Below are positions 7,401-16,874 of a DNA stretch of 24,000 bases, piece after piece. Both the position numbers and the translations under genes were made by a program. Position 1 is the stretch's first letter. Every line of letters begins with the position of its first letter. Origin of the DNA: an uncultured bacterium (GTDB lineage: Bacteria; Bacillota; Bacilli; Lactobacillales; Streptococcaceae); contig CAUQNI010000011.1 in the NCBI GenBank assembly GCA_963519555.1, positions 14,600 to 38,599 on the forward strand, written 5' to 3'. Under the pieces are notes generated by a model. That model was given only the letters and a program-made list of their open reading frames with translations. It had not been told where the DNA came from and did not search any database.

Positions 7401-10400
7401 CTCCCACAACATGAGCAAGCAAGGTGTTTCCTCCATAGAGAACTCTAGCAATCGCATTTTTTTGATGTGGTCTAAGGCTGATATCCGTACTCATACCATC
7501 AAAGGTTAAATTAGACCCATCATACTCTCTATTTCGTATAGAATTAAACCGTTCATTATAGATATTCACAAGTCGATTTCTTCTATCAATATCTTTGAAA
7601 ATCCAATTTTTAAATTCTTCTTTTAATAGCTCTTGCTTTTGACCTGCAAGCATCGTCTCCTTTTTATTTAAAACTGCTGTCTTTGAGCCATCTGGATTGA
7701 GAACCTGATCAAAAACTTTAGTTTCCTTTAAGTTGAGGGCATCTTCTATCAGTTTATAAGCACTCACTCGACTCGTTCCATAAGTTAACTCTGCCAAGTC
7801 ATTTCCTCTATCTTTACTCTTTCCTTCTACCTTCCACTCACTTGTCATTGGAGAAAATTTGGCTTTAATATCCCATCTCAAATAGCTCGGAGTTTTTAAG
7901 GTCTCAAAAATAAACTGTTCGATGTCTTTTGTTGGTAGCCAAGTAGCACCAAGTCGAACATTGATCTCACTAGCTTCTAATTCCTTCGGCATAACTTTTT
8001 CCAGCTCTGTCTTTTGGTAATTCAATTGCTCTAGCTCATATTCTAATGACTGACGCTCGTTCATTTGAGAATCTGAAAGCTGTGATTTTGCAGTTAACAA
8101 ACTAGCTATATAACGATCGATAATCCGAATTTTTTCTCGAATATTGCCACTCAAATATTCATCTTTTGGAACGTAAGTATAGTGAGTTGAATCTGTATCT
8201 AAACTACTAGTAAAAGGTAACTCACCTACCTCTATATCAAATGATGCTTCTGGATGAAAATAAGAATTCTCTTTATCTAGTTGTAAAAATATTTCACCTT
8301 TTAGTTCCTTGATTAAGGTATTCCTGTCTTTCGTGGTTAAGGCAGACATATATTCAAAATCAACGACTCCTTTTTGAGAAATTGAAAGTACCAACGCTTC
8401 AACTGAAGTATCAACATGTTCCACTGCTTTTGCCTTGGTAATCGTACGTTTAGTAAAAATATCTCCTTTCGCTTTAAAATTCTGTTCTTCATCTAGTATC
8501 TCAATGGAAGATACCAAGGGAAAGTTACTATCATCTCTCAATGCCCGTGTATTACTGAGAGTGTTGATAAACCCATGTTTTTTTGAAAAACTATCGTACG
8601 CTTCATTTAATAGTTGTTGCGCTTTTTTTATCTCTTCATCGCTGGTATCTTCTTTTTGTTTTTCAATCACTACTTTCAAAGCATTCTGTACAGTCAAGTA
8701 ATCCTCAATCTTTGACTTTATCTTTTCTGAGACTTCTTTTTTGATAAAAAGTGAATCTTCTCGGTAATAGACATCCCCATCGATTAGGGTATAAGAAAAA
8801 TTTTTGACATCATTTGTTGCTGCTAGTGTTTCTAAACTATCGTCATCTCGTTCAACATATTCGTACTTTGCATTTTGAGATATTTTTCTTCCCGCTTCGT
8901 TTAATAAGATTTCAAGAGATTCTTCATTTGGTACGCAAGTGAGAGTATCCCCAAATCTACCACTTACACTTTTCATATTACCAAGTACCATTTCGGGGTG
9001 TTTTACAAAATAACGATTATAAATCAGACCATTTTCATCTTGATCAAGATGAATCCAGTCATCATCTCTCTCTAGAATACTCTCTCGCTTCTTCAAAAAA
9101 ATAATATCAGAAGTTACTTCAGTACCAGCTACGCCTTTGAAAATCGTATTAGGAAGTCTGATAGCTCCTAAAAATTCTGTTCGAGCATTTAGATACCTTC
9201 TCACACTCTCATCTTTTTTATCCAATGTTCCACTGGAAGTAATAAAGGCTACAATCCCTCCATTTCTCACTTTATCAATTGCTTTTGCAAAGAAATAATC
9301 ATGAATAAGAAAATTCTGGCGATTATATTCTCTATCATTGACCTTAAAATCCCCAAAAGGGATGTTCCCAATAGCCAAATCAAAGAAATTATTGGAAAAA
9401 TTCGTCTCTTCAAAACCTTTTACTTGAAGATTGCTTTCAGGATAAAGTTTTTTCGCAATTCTTCCACTAATTGAGTCCAATTCAACTCCGTAAAACTTTG
9501 AGTGACCCATTTCAGCTGGTAAATTGCCTATAAAATTTCCTATCCCCATTGATGGTTCAAGAATATTACCACTTTGAAATCCCATATCAGATATGGTTTG
9601 ATACATACTGTCGATAATAGCTTTAGGTGTGTAAAACGCTGTTAACGTAGAAGCTTTTGCGGCTTCATATTCAGATTCTGAAAGAGTATCTTTTAGGAAG
9701 CTTCGAGCTTTTTCCCATTGCCCTTCTTTACTTTCATCAAATACTTCGGAAAGTCCTCCCCAGCCAACATATTTTGCTAATATTTCTTGCGAGTCTTGAT
9801 CTAAGATTTTGTCGCCATTTTCTATACTGTGAAGTGTTGAAATAGCCTCTAAGTTTCCTGCTAATCGCTCACTCGGACTTAGTTTTTCAGGAAACAACTC
9901 CTCTGTACTCTTATAATTTTTCGCCCCTATGTAGTTAGAATCTTTCTCTATCACTCTTAGATTTTCATTTACAGGAACCTTTTCTGAACTAACTTCCTCC
10001 TGATTTTGAAATTCAAATAAGTCTCCCTGAATCATCCCATTCTCTTGTACAAGACCTTTCTCATCCCCAACAGGTAAAACTCCTTCTAGTGGTTCCTTTC
10101 TTTCCAATTCTTTCTCAAAACTAAGTTCTCCATCAAATATCGAGTAAAGTTCTTCTTCACTCATTCGCTTTCTGAGTTCTGTATCTGTTAACTCCCTAAA
10201 GGTTTTAGGGAACTCTTCTGATAGCAAACGCTCAGCGTGGAGAGTTTCCAGTTCATGCAGATTAAAATATCCCCATTCAGCTTCATCACCTAATACCAAA
10301 CCAAAGGCATCCCCTGTTTCTTTATCATACTCCGTTAAATACCAGGTCCAGTCGCTCTTAAAAGGAATTGTATAAGCCGCATGCACTTCTTTTTCGCCTA

Positions 10401-11712
10401 ACTTGACATGTTCTTGTTCATAAAAAGAAGGAACTTGTTCCAACATTGCTTCCGTCATTAGATTGGTCGGATTTTCTTGAGAATAAAAAAAGGAAGCATT
10501 TTCTGCTTCCGCTGTTTTTGTTTCTACACTTCGATGATTTCCTTGATGATAATCTCTTTTAATGCCGATATCATCGCTTGATATTGTGGATGATTCTCGT
10601 CTGAAATCTGCCAAGCTTTCATCATCTTCGGTTTCTCTTCCCTCAGAAATTGAATAGCTCGAATTTGAGTCTCCATCAAGTGCTCCACTAGTTTCTCTTC
10701 CTTGTATAAATCCACGAGCAACTGATAATCCATCTCTTTCGGACTCTCTGCCAGATAATCGAGACGCATGACCGAGTAAATCGGATTTGGGAACTCCATT
10801 AGAAACTCCTCCTTGGTTTCCAACTGATTCAATGTTTTCTCCTTGATGAGTGATAGAATTTCCTCTGTTGTCTCCACTGTTGAAAATTCGCTTTTCTCCA
10901 TCATCAAATTGGGTATTTGTTCGAATCTCATGATCAAGCCCTCCTTGTGTGTGATTCTTTTCCTTATCATTATTATACTCTGTACTATCCTCTTTTGTCA
11001 GCCCCTTAGGCACAATTATTTGTCTACTTCGCTTCATCGTACCTTCTATCATCTGATGACAAGCAGATGATAGGCACTTCCCAATACTCATCAGTGAAAT
11101 AGAATCTAAGTTATCTCTATTTTGATTAACATCGTCAATTGTTAATGGGTAAGGGATATGGAATCTATTAGCAACCGCATAACTAATAGAATTTCTCATA
11201 AAGTGTGTAAACGTATCTCTTTCGTTTAGAGGGAGACTTAATTCATTACACAGATTATCAATCTCATCGTCAGCTATTAGTCTAGTTAAAGTATAAAGGT
11301 TTTCAACTAGATTTTCACTAGATTCATACCCCTGTTTTTCTATCATATCTCTCAGAATTGGTAGGTGCTGTTCTTGCTCAAATGACCACAACTCTACTTC
11401 ATTTACATTTCGATTAATTGAAATTGTTTGACTAATATCAAAAACATAGAAAATTTCTTGTGACGGATATTTGCTTAAAATTGGGATTCCCTTTTGCCCT
11501 CTTGTTACAGTCCGTTGAAATCGTTCTTTCCACATATCAAAGGTAGCACAAGCTATAGCTGTAGGACTTGATCTATAGATACTTAACTGATTGATAAAAT
11601 CATACCGTTGGTTATTACCAATCACCTCTAAAAGTTTTAGATATTCTTGAGGACTTTCTAACACATCTTTTTTAATCTCTTCGATTCGATTATTGAAGTC
11701 ATGTACTCTCAT
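4474..11712 (-). CDS. Polyvalent conjugative-element protein: ArdC-N-like ssDNA-binding domain, disordered linker, DUF2958-like, N6-adenine DNA methyltransferase, SNF2/DEAD-box helicase, C-terminal extension
   Basis: I prefer the start ATG at 11710-11712 (MRVHDF...), which has AGGAGG upstream. The track ORF runs to 11754. ArdC-N-like: [43 protein letters not shown] (~11380-11620). DUF2958-like: [35 protein letters not shown] (~10230-10400). MTase motif I is [11 protein letters not shown] (~9541-9570) and motif IV is GNIPFG (~9352-9375). Helicase motifs are GAGKTF (~7381-7416), VDEAHNYKN (~6901-6930) and [11 protein letters not shown] (~5911-5940). An acidic [14 protein letters not shown] motif lies near the C-terminus (~4640-4684). 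Confidence 0.95.
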   Translation of the reverse strand: MRVHDFNNRIEEIKKDVLESPQEYLKLLEVIGNNQRYDFINQLSIYRSSPTAIACATFDMWKERFQRTVTRGQKGIPILSKYPSQEIFYVFDISQTISINRNVNEVELWSFEQEQHLPILRDMIEKQGYESSENLVENLYTLTRLIADDEIDNLCNELSLPLNERDTFTHFMRNSISYAVANRFHIPYPLTIDDVNQNRDNLDSISLMSIGKCLSSACHQMIEGTMKRSRQIIVPKGLTKEDSTEYNNDKEKNHTQGGLDHEIRTNTQFDDGEKRIFNSGDNRGNSITHQGENIESVGNQGGVSNGVPKSDLLGHASRLSGRESERDGLSVARGFIQGRETSGALDGDSNSSYSISEGRETEDDESLADFRRESSTISSDDIGIKRDYHQGNHRSVETKTAEAENASFFYSQENPTNLMTEAMLEQVPSFYEQEHVKLGEKEVHAAYTIPFKSDWTWYLTEYDKETGDAFGLVLGDEAEWGYFNLHELETLHAERLLSEEFPKTFRELTDTELRKRMSEEELYSIFDGELSFEKELERKEPLEGVLPVGDEKGLVQENGMIQGDLFEFQNQEEVSSEKVPVNENLRVIEKDSNYIGAKNYKSTEELFPEKLSPSERLAGNLEAISTLHSIENGDKILDQDSQEILAKYVGWGGLSEVFDESKEGQWEKARSFLKDTLSESEYEAAKASTLTAFYTPKAIIDSMYQTISDMGFQSGNILEPSMGIGNFIGNLPAEMGHSKFYGVELDSISGRIAKKLYPESNLQVKGFEETNFSNNFFDLAIGNIPFGDFKVNDREYNRQNFLIHDYFFAKAIDKVRNGGIVAFITSSGTLDKKDESVRRYLNARTEFLGAIRLPNTIFKGVAGTEVTSDIIFLKKRESILERDDDWIHLDQDENGLIYNRYFVKHPEMVLGNMKSVSGRFGDTLTCVPNEESLEILLNEAGRKISQNAKYEYVERDDDSLETLAATNDVKNFSYTLIDGDVYYREDSLFIKKEVSEKIKSKIEDYLTVQNALKVVIEKQKEDTSDEEIKKAQQLLNEAYDSFSKKHGFINTLSNTRALRDDSNFPLVSSIEILDEEQNFKAKGDIFTKRTITKAKAVEHVDTSVEALVLSISQKGVVDFEYMSALTTKDRNTLIKELKGEIFLQLDKENSYFHPEASFDIEVGELPFTSSLDTDSTHYTYVPKDEYLSGNIREKIRIIDRYIASLLTAKSQLSDSQMNERQSLEYELEQLNYQKTELEKVMPKELEASEINVRLGATWLPTKDIEQFIFETLKTPSYLRWDIKAKFSPMTSEWKVEGKSKDRGNDLAELTYGTSRVSAYKLIEDALNLKETKVFDQVLNPDGSKTAVLNKKETMLAGQKQELLKEEFKNWIFKDIDRRNRLVNIYNERFNSIRNREYDGSNLTFDGMSTDISLRPHQKNAIARVLYGGNTLLAHVVGAGKTFEMVASAMESKRLGMCSKTLFVVPNHLTGQIGREFMQLYPSATIMVADKKDFEPKNRKRFIGKIATGEYDAVIIGHSQFEKIPMSKEYQEKHIQDQIDNIIDYIKEYKYDSSQHFTVKELQKTKKKLELKLKKLNDDFKKDDVVTFEELGVDKLIVDEAHNYKNLYLYTKMRNVAGIGQSEAFKSSDMFMKCRYMDEMTNGKGIVFATGTPISNSMTELYTMQRYLQYDELKKNGLEHFDSWASTFGETQSAFELSPEGTGYRVKTRFSKFYNLPELMSLFKEVSDIQTADMLKLPVPEAHFDVIKTTPSEEQKQILQGLSERAERVRNKLVEPEEDNMLRITNDGKKLALDQRLINPLLPDDDNSKVNVCVKNVFAIWENTKEPQSTQLLFSDMSTPKGDGSFNIYDDIRDKLVKLGIPKEEIAFIHEANSDKQKEELFAKVRKGEIRILMGSTQKMGAGTNVQKKLIAMHDLDVPWRPADLEQRAGRIIRQGNENKEVHIYRYITENTFDAYLWQTIENKQKFISQIMTSKTPVRVAEDVDESSLNYAEIKALATGDPKIKEKMDLDNEVTKLKMLEANYKANRYRLEDKVTTYYPEEIRRTKELIQDMKEDLNTIEPQGVGDNKFTSLTIHSERIKDKKIAGERLLESIKNLKVNDSPIIGQYRNLDLEVHFDVFSNEYQFSLNGHAKHSGELGSSAEGNLIRLDHVIDKIPEKLERLEDKLSNTKNQFERAKAELEKPFEKAEELKTKVLRLAELNQLLDMGEVEEISKSNPLLEDLKRAIIDFYNREYAENFSYDSFNELYPDLKHVDIAYTSSNDEEHGILFELNLEDYTATQYVDETPISHYQYMEENGTVEQALEAMKMEIEYGDFSEFVSINDDELKAATGLERDDEGNIYDPLSKDMDNDGIADRYDDDFRDSDAFESTYDVEDNLHEKEEKVSILGQIKNYQSQDKVTSNDEKINVLDER

Positions 11713-11731
11713 ATTCTTCCTCCTTTTTTTT

Positions 11732-11765
11732 AAAAAAGAGACAATAGAAATCATCCTACTGTCTC
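11732..11765 (-). terminator. Intrinsic terminator between the 195-aa gene and the polyvalent-protein gene
   Basis: The minus-strand RNA reads GAGACAGUAGGA-UGAU-UUCUAUUGUCUC followed by UUUUUU. The stem is 12 bp including two G.U pairs. On the plus strand those pairs would be A.C mismatches, so the hairpin is specific to the minus strand. It starts 12 nt after the stop at 11778 and is followed directly by AAAGGAGG and the ATG at 11712. Confidence 0.65.
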
Positions 11766-11777
11766 GTCACTTTTATA

Positions 11778-12365
11778 TCATTTTGTTTTTATTAATTCCA
11801 TACATTCTTCTAACTTCATATTCAAGGCATTATACACTACTGTTTGAAAATCTTTTTCTCCTTTATTTCTAGATAAAATAAAATCAACTTTCACTTCATC
11901 ATGTAATTGATACCCCTTCAATATCGTTTGTGGTTTGGCTAATTTCGTCTTTGTAAAACCAATTGTACAAACTTTATCTGAAGAAGCGAAAGAACAAGAA
12001 ATCCTATTTTTATTAAAATTCTCTTCCACAACAATAGCTTCTGATGAAAATATTTGAATAGCATTCTCTAAGACACTCATCTTCCTACGAACAGAACCTT
12101 TTTGACTCTTATCATTGATTTCAAAGTCACCATCCTCTAAAGTCTTTTGATAACATTTTTCAAAAAAGTTTTTTGCTTTCAAGTTTGTGTGAACTCCTGT
12201 TAAATGCAAAAAATTATCCTCAAAAGCAGAAACGATATAATATTTCTGATATCTAAAATTTCTAGAGAAAATAAGGTAATCTTTCTGAACTAGCAATTCA
12301 TAATATAACACTGCACAGTCCATCAACTTTAATCGTACTCTTTCTTTAAATGATTGTTCTACCAT
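11778..12365 (-). CDS. Small nuclease-like protein, probably PBECR-type (phage Barnase-EndoU-ColicinE5/D-RelE-like) domain protein
   Basis: 195-aa ORF with RBS GAGGTGAGG. The FLHLTGVHT motif, the size and the position next to a polyvalent protein recall the PBECR families described for polyvalent-protein neighbourhoods. This is from memory only and is not verified by a profile search. Confidence 0.55.
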   Translation of the reverse strand: MVEQSFKERVRLKLMDCAVLYYELLVQKDYLIFSRNFRYQKYYIVSAFEDNFLHLTGVHTNLKAKNFFEKCYQKTLEDGDFEINDKSQKGSVRRKMSVLENAIQIFSSEAIVVEENFNKNRISCSFASSDKVCTIGFTKTKLAKPQTILKGYQLHDEVKVDFILSRNKGEKDFQTVVYNALNMKLEECMELIKTK

Positions 12366-12376
12366 CGCCTCACCTC

Positions 12377-12408
12377 AAAAAAAGGAGGATGAAAAATCAA
12401 CCTCCTTT
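12377..12408 (-). terminator. Hairpin + U-tract (attenuator/terminator) directly upstream of the RBS of the 195-aa gene
   Basis: The minus strand reads AAAGGAGG (12408-12401), a 12-nt loop, CCTCCTTT (12388-12381), then TTTT. GAGGTGAGGCG-ATG follows immediately. The 8-bp stem is perfect. Confidence 0.55.
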
Positions 12409-12532
12409 GGTTTTTCACAGTTTCCTTCTGCACTGGATATGGGTTTTCAGTCTCCATTCCGACCTCTGGAAGTAGGTTTAACGTCTCTACTCCGACTCAA
12501 TTCAAGTTGAAGATTCAACTTTTCCTACTAAC

Positions 12533-12561
12533 AGTATACAAAATTATCCTTCAAATGCCAA
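12533..12561 (-). promoter_or_regulatory. SigA-type promoter driving a ~160-nt leader and the 195-aa gene
   Basis: The minus strand reads TTGGCA (12561-12556), a 17-nt spacer, then TATACT (12538-12533). It lies about 37 nt downstream of the methyltransferase stop codon. Confidence 0.5.
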
Positions 12562-12597
12562 GTAAAAAGAATGACATTTGATAAAATAAATTCCTGC

Positions 12598-13560
12598 TTA
12601 AAACACTTCCGCTAACAATTTCTGAAGAATTGCTTCTAAAATATTAACCACAATACTATTTCCTGCTTCACGATACAAGATAGAAGACATCCTTCCCTTT
12701 CTCTGTGGATAGATTGCCCTTAGTGTATTAAAGTCTCCATCCTCAAACCCCATTAGCTTAAAACACTCTCTTTCTGTTAAATATCGATATGTCCCATTTT
12801 TTAAGTCTACCACACCTGAATTCGGAACTCGAACCTGCTTGGTTGAGATTGTATAGGCAAACTGCTCTATCACCTTTACTCTTCCTTCGAAATTCTGATT
12901 TCTAGGTTTCCCATTTAAGTAACCTAATATTGAAGATTGTCTTACTTGGTAAAAATCAGGGACATCCTTTTCCAAAAATGATGTAATTTTTCTAGTTGGA
13001 GTCCGTGGTATCATTGAAAAATCAAACCTTTTTTCTCCTAGTAGACTAACCACGAAAATCCGTTCTCTTTTTTGAGGAATCCCAAAATCCATCGCATTCA
13101 GTATTGCATACTGACTCGTGTATCCTAGTCTATCTAGTTCGTGAATATAGTCAAAAAAAGTTTCTCTAAAATTTTTATCTAAAACACCCTTCACATTTTC
13201 CCATAGAATCATTTTAGGTTTTTCTCTCATTTCTTGAATAATTCGTATCGTTTCATATAGAAGACTTGAGCGTGTTCCTGAACCTCGCTCTCCTCCTCGT
13301 TTTAACCCAGTACGACTAAAATCCTGACATGGACTCCCATGCATCAATAAATCTACTTTAGCAGTTGACGGATGATACTCTACAATATCTCTCGGTTGAA
13401 AGTTTTCGTGATACAAAGCATTATATCCTTTCACACAATTTCTGTCCTTCTCTACATAATCTACAACACGATGAGGAATACCTTGTCTAATTAACGCTTT
13501 TCGAATAGCTCCAATCCCTCCAAATAATTCTAACACTTGCAATTCGTCTATTGTTCTCAC
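12598..13560 (-). CDS. dcm: DNA (cytosine-5)-methyltransferase, orphan
   Basis: Canonical C5-MTase motifs are present: I LELFGGIGA, IV GSPCQDFS, VI LWENVKG, VIII QKRERIF, X GNSI. The track start is a GTG at 13558-13560 that directly abuts GAGGAG with no spacing, so the true start is uncertain. An in-frame TTG lies 6 codons downstream. Confidence 0.95.
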   Translation of the reverse strand: MRTIDELQVLELFGGIGAIRKALIRQGIPHRVVDYVEKDRNCVKGYNALYHENFQPRDIVEYHPSTAKVDLLMHGSPCQDFSRTGLKRGGERGSGTRSSLLYETIRIIQEMREKPKMILWENVKGVLDKNFRETFFDYIHELDRLGYTSQYAILNAMDFGIPQKRERIFVVSLLGEKRFDFSMIPRTPTRKITSFLEKDVPDFYQVRQSSILGYLNGKPRNQNFEGRVKVIEQFAYTISTKQVRVPNSGVVDLKNGTYRYLTERECFKLMGFEDGDFNTLRAIYPQRKGRMSSILYREAGNSIVVNILEAILQKLLAEVF

Positions 13561-13588
13561 CTCCTCACAAAAGGAATTACATTCTCTT

Positions 13589-15310
13589 CTAATCCGATTT
13601 TACATTGTCTTGTTGATACTGTTGAATCGTACTTTTTATTTCTTCTTCTAACGACCTCAAAAACTCTTCTTTTGTTGCTTTCCCCTGAGCTATTCTTGTT
13701 AGCTCCATTTCCCATTTTGAAGTGGTTGTTGCTGACTTAAAGATATCTGATACGACTGTAATCAAACCGACTCCCTTGTGAGTCGCAAGTAAATACTTCC
13801 TATCTCTTTCAACCAGTCCTTTAGAGATTAGATTTTCAATAATACCTGCTCTTGTAGCGGGTGTCCCTAATCCCTTTCTCTCAACTTCAATTCCTTTTTG
13901 TAGCCCATCTTTTCCGGCCATTTCCATAGCTTTTAACAAGCTCTCCTCTGTAAAGTGTTGAACAGGTTTTGTGTACTTTTCCTTAATTTCTTTTTTATGA
14001 ACGGAAATCACATCACCAACATTCAAATCTGGAAAAGACTGTTCGTTTATTGGATGTTGAAATGCACGCAAGTAACGTGTGAATCCCTCATCTACAATGA
14101 CTTTCCATGACTTAACAAATGTAAAATCTTCTATTTGTGCGATAATTTTTCTTTTCTCTTCAACTAGTGGATATCCTACACTAGCATGCAGTTTATTTCC
14201 TATAAGACAATAAACTTGCCTTTCCTCCTCTGACAGCCGAGATATATTTTTGGTTAAAGAGCTAACTGTCGGAATTATAGCGTGATGATCTGAAACTTTC
14301 TTCGAATCAAACACTATCTTCAAACGACTTTCATCAAAGTCATTCATTCCTATGATGCCATTAACAATAGAATCAAGCATATCCTCCGTAAGACATCGAC
14401 TGTCTGTTCTAGGATACGTGATATACTTTTTCTCATATAAGCTTTGAGCAAGATCTAATGTTTTCTGCGCACTATAACCAAAATAATGATTACATTCCCT
14501 TTGAAGACTCGTTAAATCAAATGGTAGCTCTGGTCTCGTCACCTCCTCCTCTCTTAGACTTTCTGTAATTTGAAGGCTGTCTCCTACTAAATCCATGATC
14601 AATTGAGCTATCATTTTCTCATCTAATCTCTCGGTTGATAGAGTCAAATCCTTACCCATCACTTCGACTGTATAGTACTTTTGTTTTTTAAACTGTAAAA
14701 TTTCGTCATCTCGTTTTACAATCATAGCCAGAGTAGGTGTTTGAACTCTTCCAACAGAATAAGGCTGTTTATATAGACATGAATAAAGTCGGCTAAGATT
14801 CATTCCAACCAACCAGTCTGCTATGGCTCGTGCCTGTGAAGATTCAAATAATCCATCGTAAAACTGACTATCTTTTAAATTCTTAAATCCTACCTCAATA
14901 GCTTTATCCTCCATTGAAGAGATCCAAAGCCTCTCGACAAACTTTTTACATTGCGCCTGATTGTAGACTAATCGAAAAATACTCTCTCCCTCTCGTCCTG
15001 CATCGCAGGCATTGATTAAACTTTTAGTATCTTTTTTATTCATTAGTTTTTTTAAAAGTTGAAAATGTTGTTTTGTTTTCTTTGAAACTTCGTAACGGTA
15101 GTGACTAGGAATAATTGGTAAATCGTCCAAATTCCATCGTTTATATCGCTCATCATAGGTTTCTGGGTTCGACATCTGTACCAGATGACCTATACACCAT
15201 GAGACTCGATACCCTCCTCCTTCATAATATCCCTCTTTCTTTTTAGTCGCTCCTATGACTTTAGCAATCGTCTGCGCAACACTGGGTTTTTCTGCAATAA
15301 CTAATTTCAT
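13589..15310 (-). CDS. topB: DNA topoisomerase III (type IA), short conjugative-element form
   Basis: Toprim N-terminus MKLVIAEKPSVAQ, acidic motif DAGREGE, and active-site tyrosine context YITYPRTDS. RBS is GAGGAG. Confidence 0.95.
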   Translation of the reverse strand: MKLVIAEKPSVAQTIAKVIGATKKKEGYYEGGGYRVSWCIGHLVQMSNPETYDERYKRWNLDDLPIIPSHYRYEVSKKTKQHFQLLKKLMNKKDTKSLINACDAGREGESIFRLVYNQAQCKKFVERLWISSMEDKAIEVGFKNLKDSQFYDGLFESSQARAIADWLVGMNLSRLYSCLYKQPYSVGRVQTPTLAMIVKRDDEILQFKKQKYYTVEVMGKDLTLSTERLDEKMIAQLIMDLVGDSLQITESLREEEVTRPELPFDLTSLQRECNHYFGYSAQKTLDLAQSLYEKKYITYPRTDSRCLTEDMLDSIVNGIIGMNDFDESRLKIVFDSKKVSDHHAIIPTVSSLTKNISRLSEEERQVYCLIGNKLHASVGYPLVEEKRKIIAQIEDFTFVKSWKVIVDEGFTRYLRAFQHPINEQSFPDLNVGDVISVHKKEIKEKYTKPVQHFTEESLLKAMEMAGKDGLQKGIEVERKGLGTPATRAGIIENLISKGLVERDRKYLLATHKGVGLITVVSDIFKSATTTSKWEMELTRIAQGKATKEEFLRSLEEEIKSTIQQYQQDNVKSD

Positions 15311-15329
15311 TCTTTTTTCTCCTCATATG

Positions 15330-15360
15330 AAAAAAGGACGAAAGATAATCTCCCGTCCTT
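15330..15360 (-). terminator. Intrinsic terminator between the DUF4366-like gene and topB
   Basis: The minus-strand RNA reads AAGGACGGGAG-AUUAU-CUUUCGUCCUU followed by UUUUU. The stem is 11 bp with two G.U pairs, so it is minus-strand specific. GAGGAG and the topB ATG follow. Confidence 0.65.
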
Positions 15361-15386
15361 AGTTAGGTATTTTAAACTATTCTTCA

Positions 15387-16874
15387 TTACAGTACTTCAT
15401 CTTCTTCATCAGCTAGTTCTTTGTCTTCCTCTTCCTCCTCATCTTCATTGTCATCAGTTTCTGAAAAGAAATCCTCGTTCTCATCTTCCTCTAAATGTTC
15501 TAATTCTTTATTTTCTCTTTGTTTTATAACCTTGAAATAGTAACCTGCACCTAAAGCACCGACCACTACAAGAAAGACAATGAAATACATTCCCATATTG
15601 CTTTCTTCTTCCTTTTTAACAAGAGACACTTCCTCTTTTTTAGGCTCTTCTTTAATAATCTCTTGTTTGGGAACTTCTTTCTTTTGAACCATATTTAACA
15701 AATCATCCTCAGATACTTCCGTTAACAATTGTACATTGTCGTTTTCTTTATCATGATTGATAATTAAATGGAATGTTTTCCCGCTTTTAGTAGTAAAAGT
15801 TACAAATTGTCTTGCGTCAGCTGAAATAGCAGTTGCTTCCTTCTTATCTCTTTCATCACCATGGTGAATCGGATAATCTTTATTTGCATTATCCTTATTT
15901 TCAGTAATAGTTCCTCGTGCTTTTGAGGGTGCAGATGGTATTCCTTTTGAGACTTTTTCACTAGTATTCCCTTCACTGATTGTTCTACTTCCTTGACTAG
16001 AAGAATGACTCGTATCGCTATCCTTATTAGGTGTACGAATCTCTTCTTTTTTTGCTTTTGATGTTTCTTCTTTATTTGAATCATCAACTGTAGTGGATGG
16101 TAAACTAGGAGATTCATTACTAGAAATCGTTTCTTGCCCATCTTGTATCAATTGTGGCAAGACTGCCTTTTCTTCACCTGCTTTATCAGTTAGTGATTGG
16201 CTCTTTTCTTGAAGCTCCTGCATCTGTTTCTTCAGTTTCTCAATCTCCTCATTAAGAGCTTGGTCTCCATCAGAAATAACCGCCTTTTCCATTCTCTTCT
16301 GAAGAGCTTGATTTTTTTCCTCTAATTCTTTGATTCGTTTCTTTTGTTCCTCATTTAATTGAGATTTATCTTTTAACTCTGCCTTTAGAGTATCAAGTGC
16401 TTTATTAAGTTCTTTAGATTCCTGATTTATTTTTTCAATATCATTTTTTTGTGAATCCCTTTGACTACTGTCTTCTTTTTCCTCCTTTTCAGTAGAATAT
16501 TGACTAGTTGTTTTACTCTTTCTTACCTTCAATTCTATTTTGTCATGACCATCACCCTTTACCAAATAAGACGAGAATGCCTCTACAAATTCCATCTCCT
16601 TTGAAATAGGTGGTAAATCTTTTTCTACAAGTTCTTGCCCTCTGTTTGCGGAAATGTTGTGTTCTTTATAGACTGTACCATCTTCCCAAAGATAGTTGAT
16701 ACTGACATTTACTTTCTCTTTTGTTTCTAATTGAGTCCGCAAAGAAGGAAGTAGTCCGTCAGTCGCAAATACAATTTGTTTTTGCATCAGTAAATACCCT
16801 GTTGCAGAAACTAGAATACCAGAACTGATAGCTAGTGTTAGCCATACTTTCTTATTAAATTTTTTAAATTTCAT
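15387..16874 (-). CDS. DUF4366/CD1107-like conjugal-transfer membrane protein with coiled-coil and low-complexity spacer
   Basis: N-terminal TM/signal anchor VWLTLAISSGILVSATGYLLM. Long E/K/Q-rich coiled coil. Conserved C-terminal module ARQFVTFTTKSGKTFHLIINHDKENDNVQLLTEVSEDDLLNM, followed by TM MGMYFIVFLVVVGALGAGYYF and an acidic tail. Confidence 0.8.
   Translation of the reverse strand: MKFKKFNKKVWLTLAISSGILVSATGYLLMQKQIVFATDGLLPSLRTQLETKEKVNVSINYLWEDGTVYKEHNISANRGQELVEKDLPPISKEMEFVEAFSSYLVKGDGHDKIELKVRKSKTTSQYSTEKEEKEDSSQRDSQKNDIEKINQESKELNKALDTLKAELKDKSQLNEEQKKRIKELEEKNQALQKRMEKAVISDGDQALNEEIEKLKKQMQELQEKSQSLTDKAGEEKAVLPQLIQDGQETISSNESPSLPSTTVDDSNKEETSKAKKEEIRTPNKDSDTSHSSSQGSRTISEGNTSEKVSKGIPSAPSKARGTITENKDNANKDYPIHHGDERDKKEATAISADARQFVTFTTKSGKTFHLIINHDKENDNVQLLTEVSEDDLLNMVQKKEVPKQEIIKEEPKKEEVSLVKKEEESNMGMYFIVFLVVVGALGAGYYFKVIKQRENKELEHLEEDENEDFFSETDDNEDEEEEEDKELADEEDEVL

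Noticed and set aside
10524-10970. 148-codon same-strand alternate-frame ORF inside the polyvalent gene. It has a plausible-looking helical translation, and a stop-free stretch this long is unusual for an AT-rich sequence.
   Set aside because: It lies exactly over the purine-rich, low-complexity linker of the main frame, where GAN/AGN/GGN codons suppress stops in the shifted frame. There is no Shine-Dalgarno before its ATG (upstream is GGATAGTACAGAGTATAATA). The main frame is continuous and matches the disordered linker expected in this protein family. It is most likely a compositional artefact, and ribosome profiling would settle it.
6036-11070. Other nested ORFs in the polyvalent gene: 6036-6269 (-), 8435-8701 (+), 9657-9845 (+) and 10843-11070 (+).
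   Set aside because: All are short, lack an RBS and give low-complexity or hydrophobic translations. They overlap regions where the main frame carries conserved MTase or helicase motifs.
12425-12470. Superficial resemblance of the minus-strand leader segment GGAGACTGAAAACCC...CCAGTGCAGAAGGAA to the TPP riboswitch core (CUGAGA...ACCC...CCAGCG.AGGGA).
   Set aside because: The GGGGUGC element and the pyrimidine-sensor helix (CUGAUC.GG.UAAU.CC) are missing. A thiamine-responsive element upstream of a conjugative-element nuclease also makes no biological sense.
12389-12472. Plus-strand 27-codon ORF (MKNQPPLVFHSFLLHWIWVFSLHSDLWK) starting right after AAAGGAGG in the leader region. It could suggest a type I toxin-like peptide opposite the nuclease gene.
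   Set aside because: The GGAGG abuts the ATG with zero spacing, which is not functional for initiation. The AAAGGAGG is better explained as one arm of the minus-strand terminator hairpin. There is no plus-strand promoter.
13537-13740. 67-aa plus-strand ORF spanning the dcm/topB junction. Similar antisense ORFs lie at 23026-23304 and 23746-23961.
   Set aside because: These are antisense translations of well-supported genes, with leucine/phenylalanine-rich artefactual composition and no RBS.
15800-16141. 113-aa alternate-frame ORF inside the DUF4366-like gene.
   Set aside because: It overlies the K/E/S-rich low-complexity spacer of the main frame. It is a compositional artefact with no RBS.
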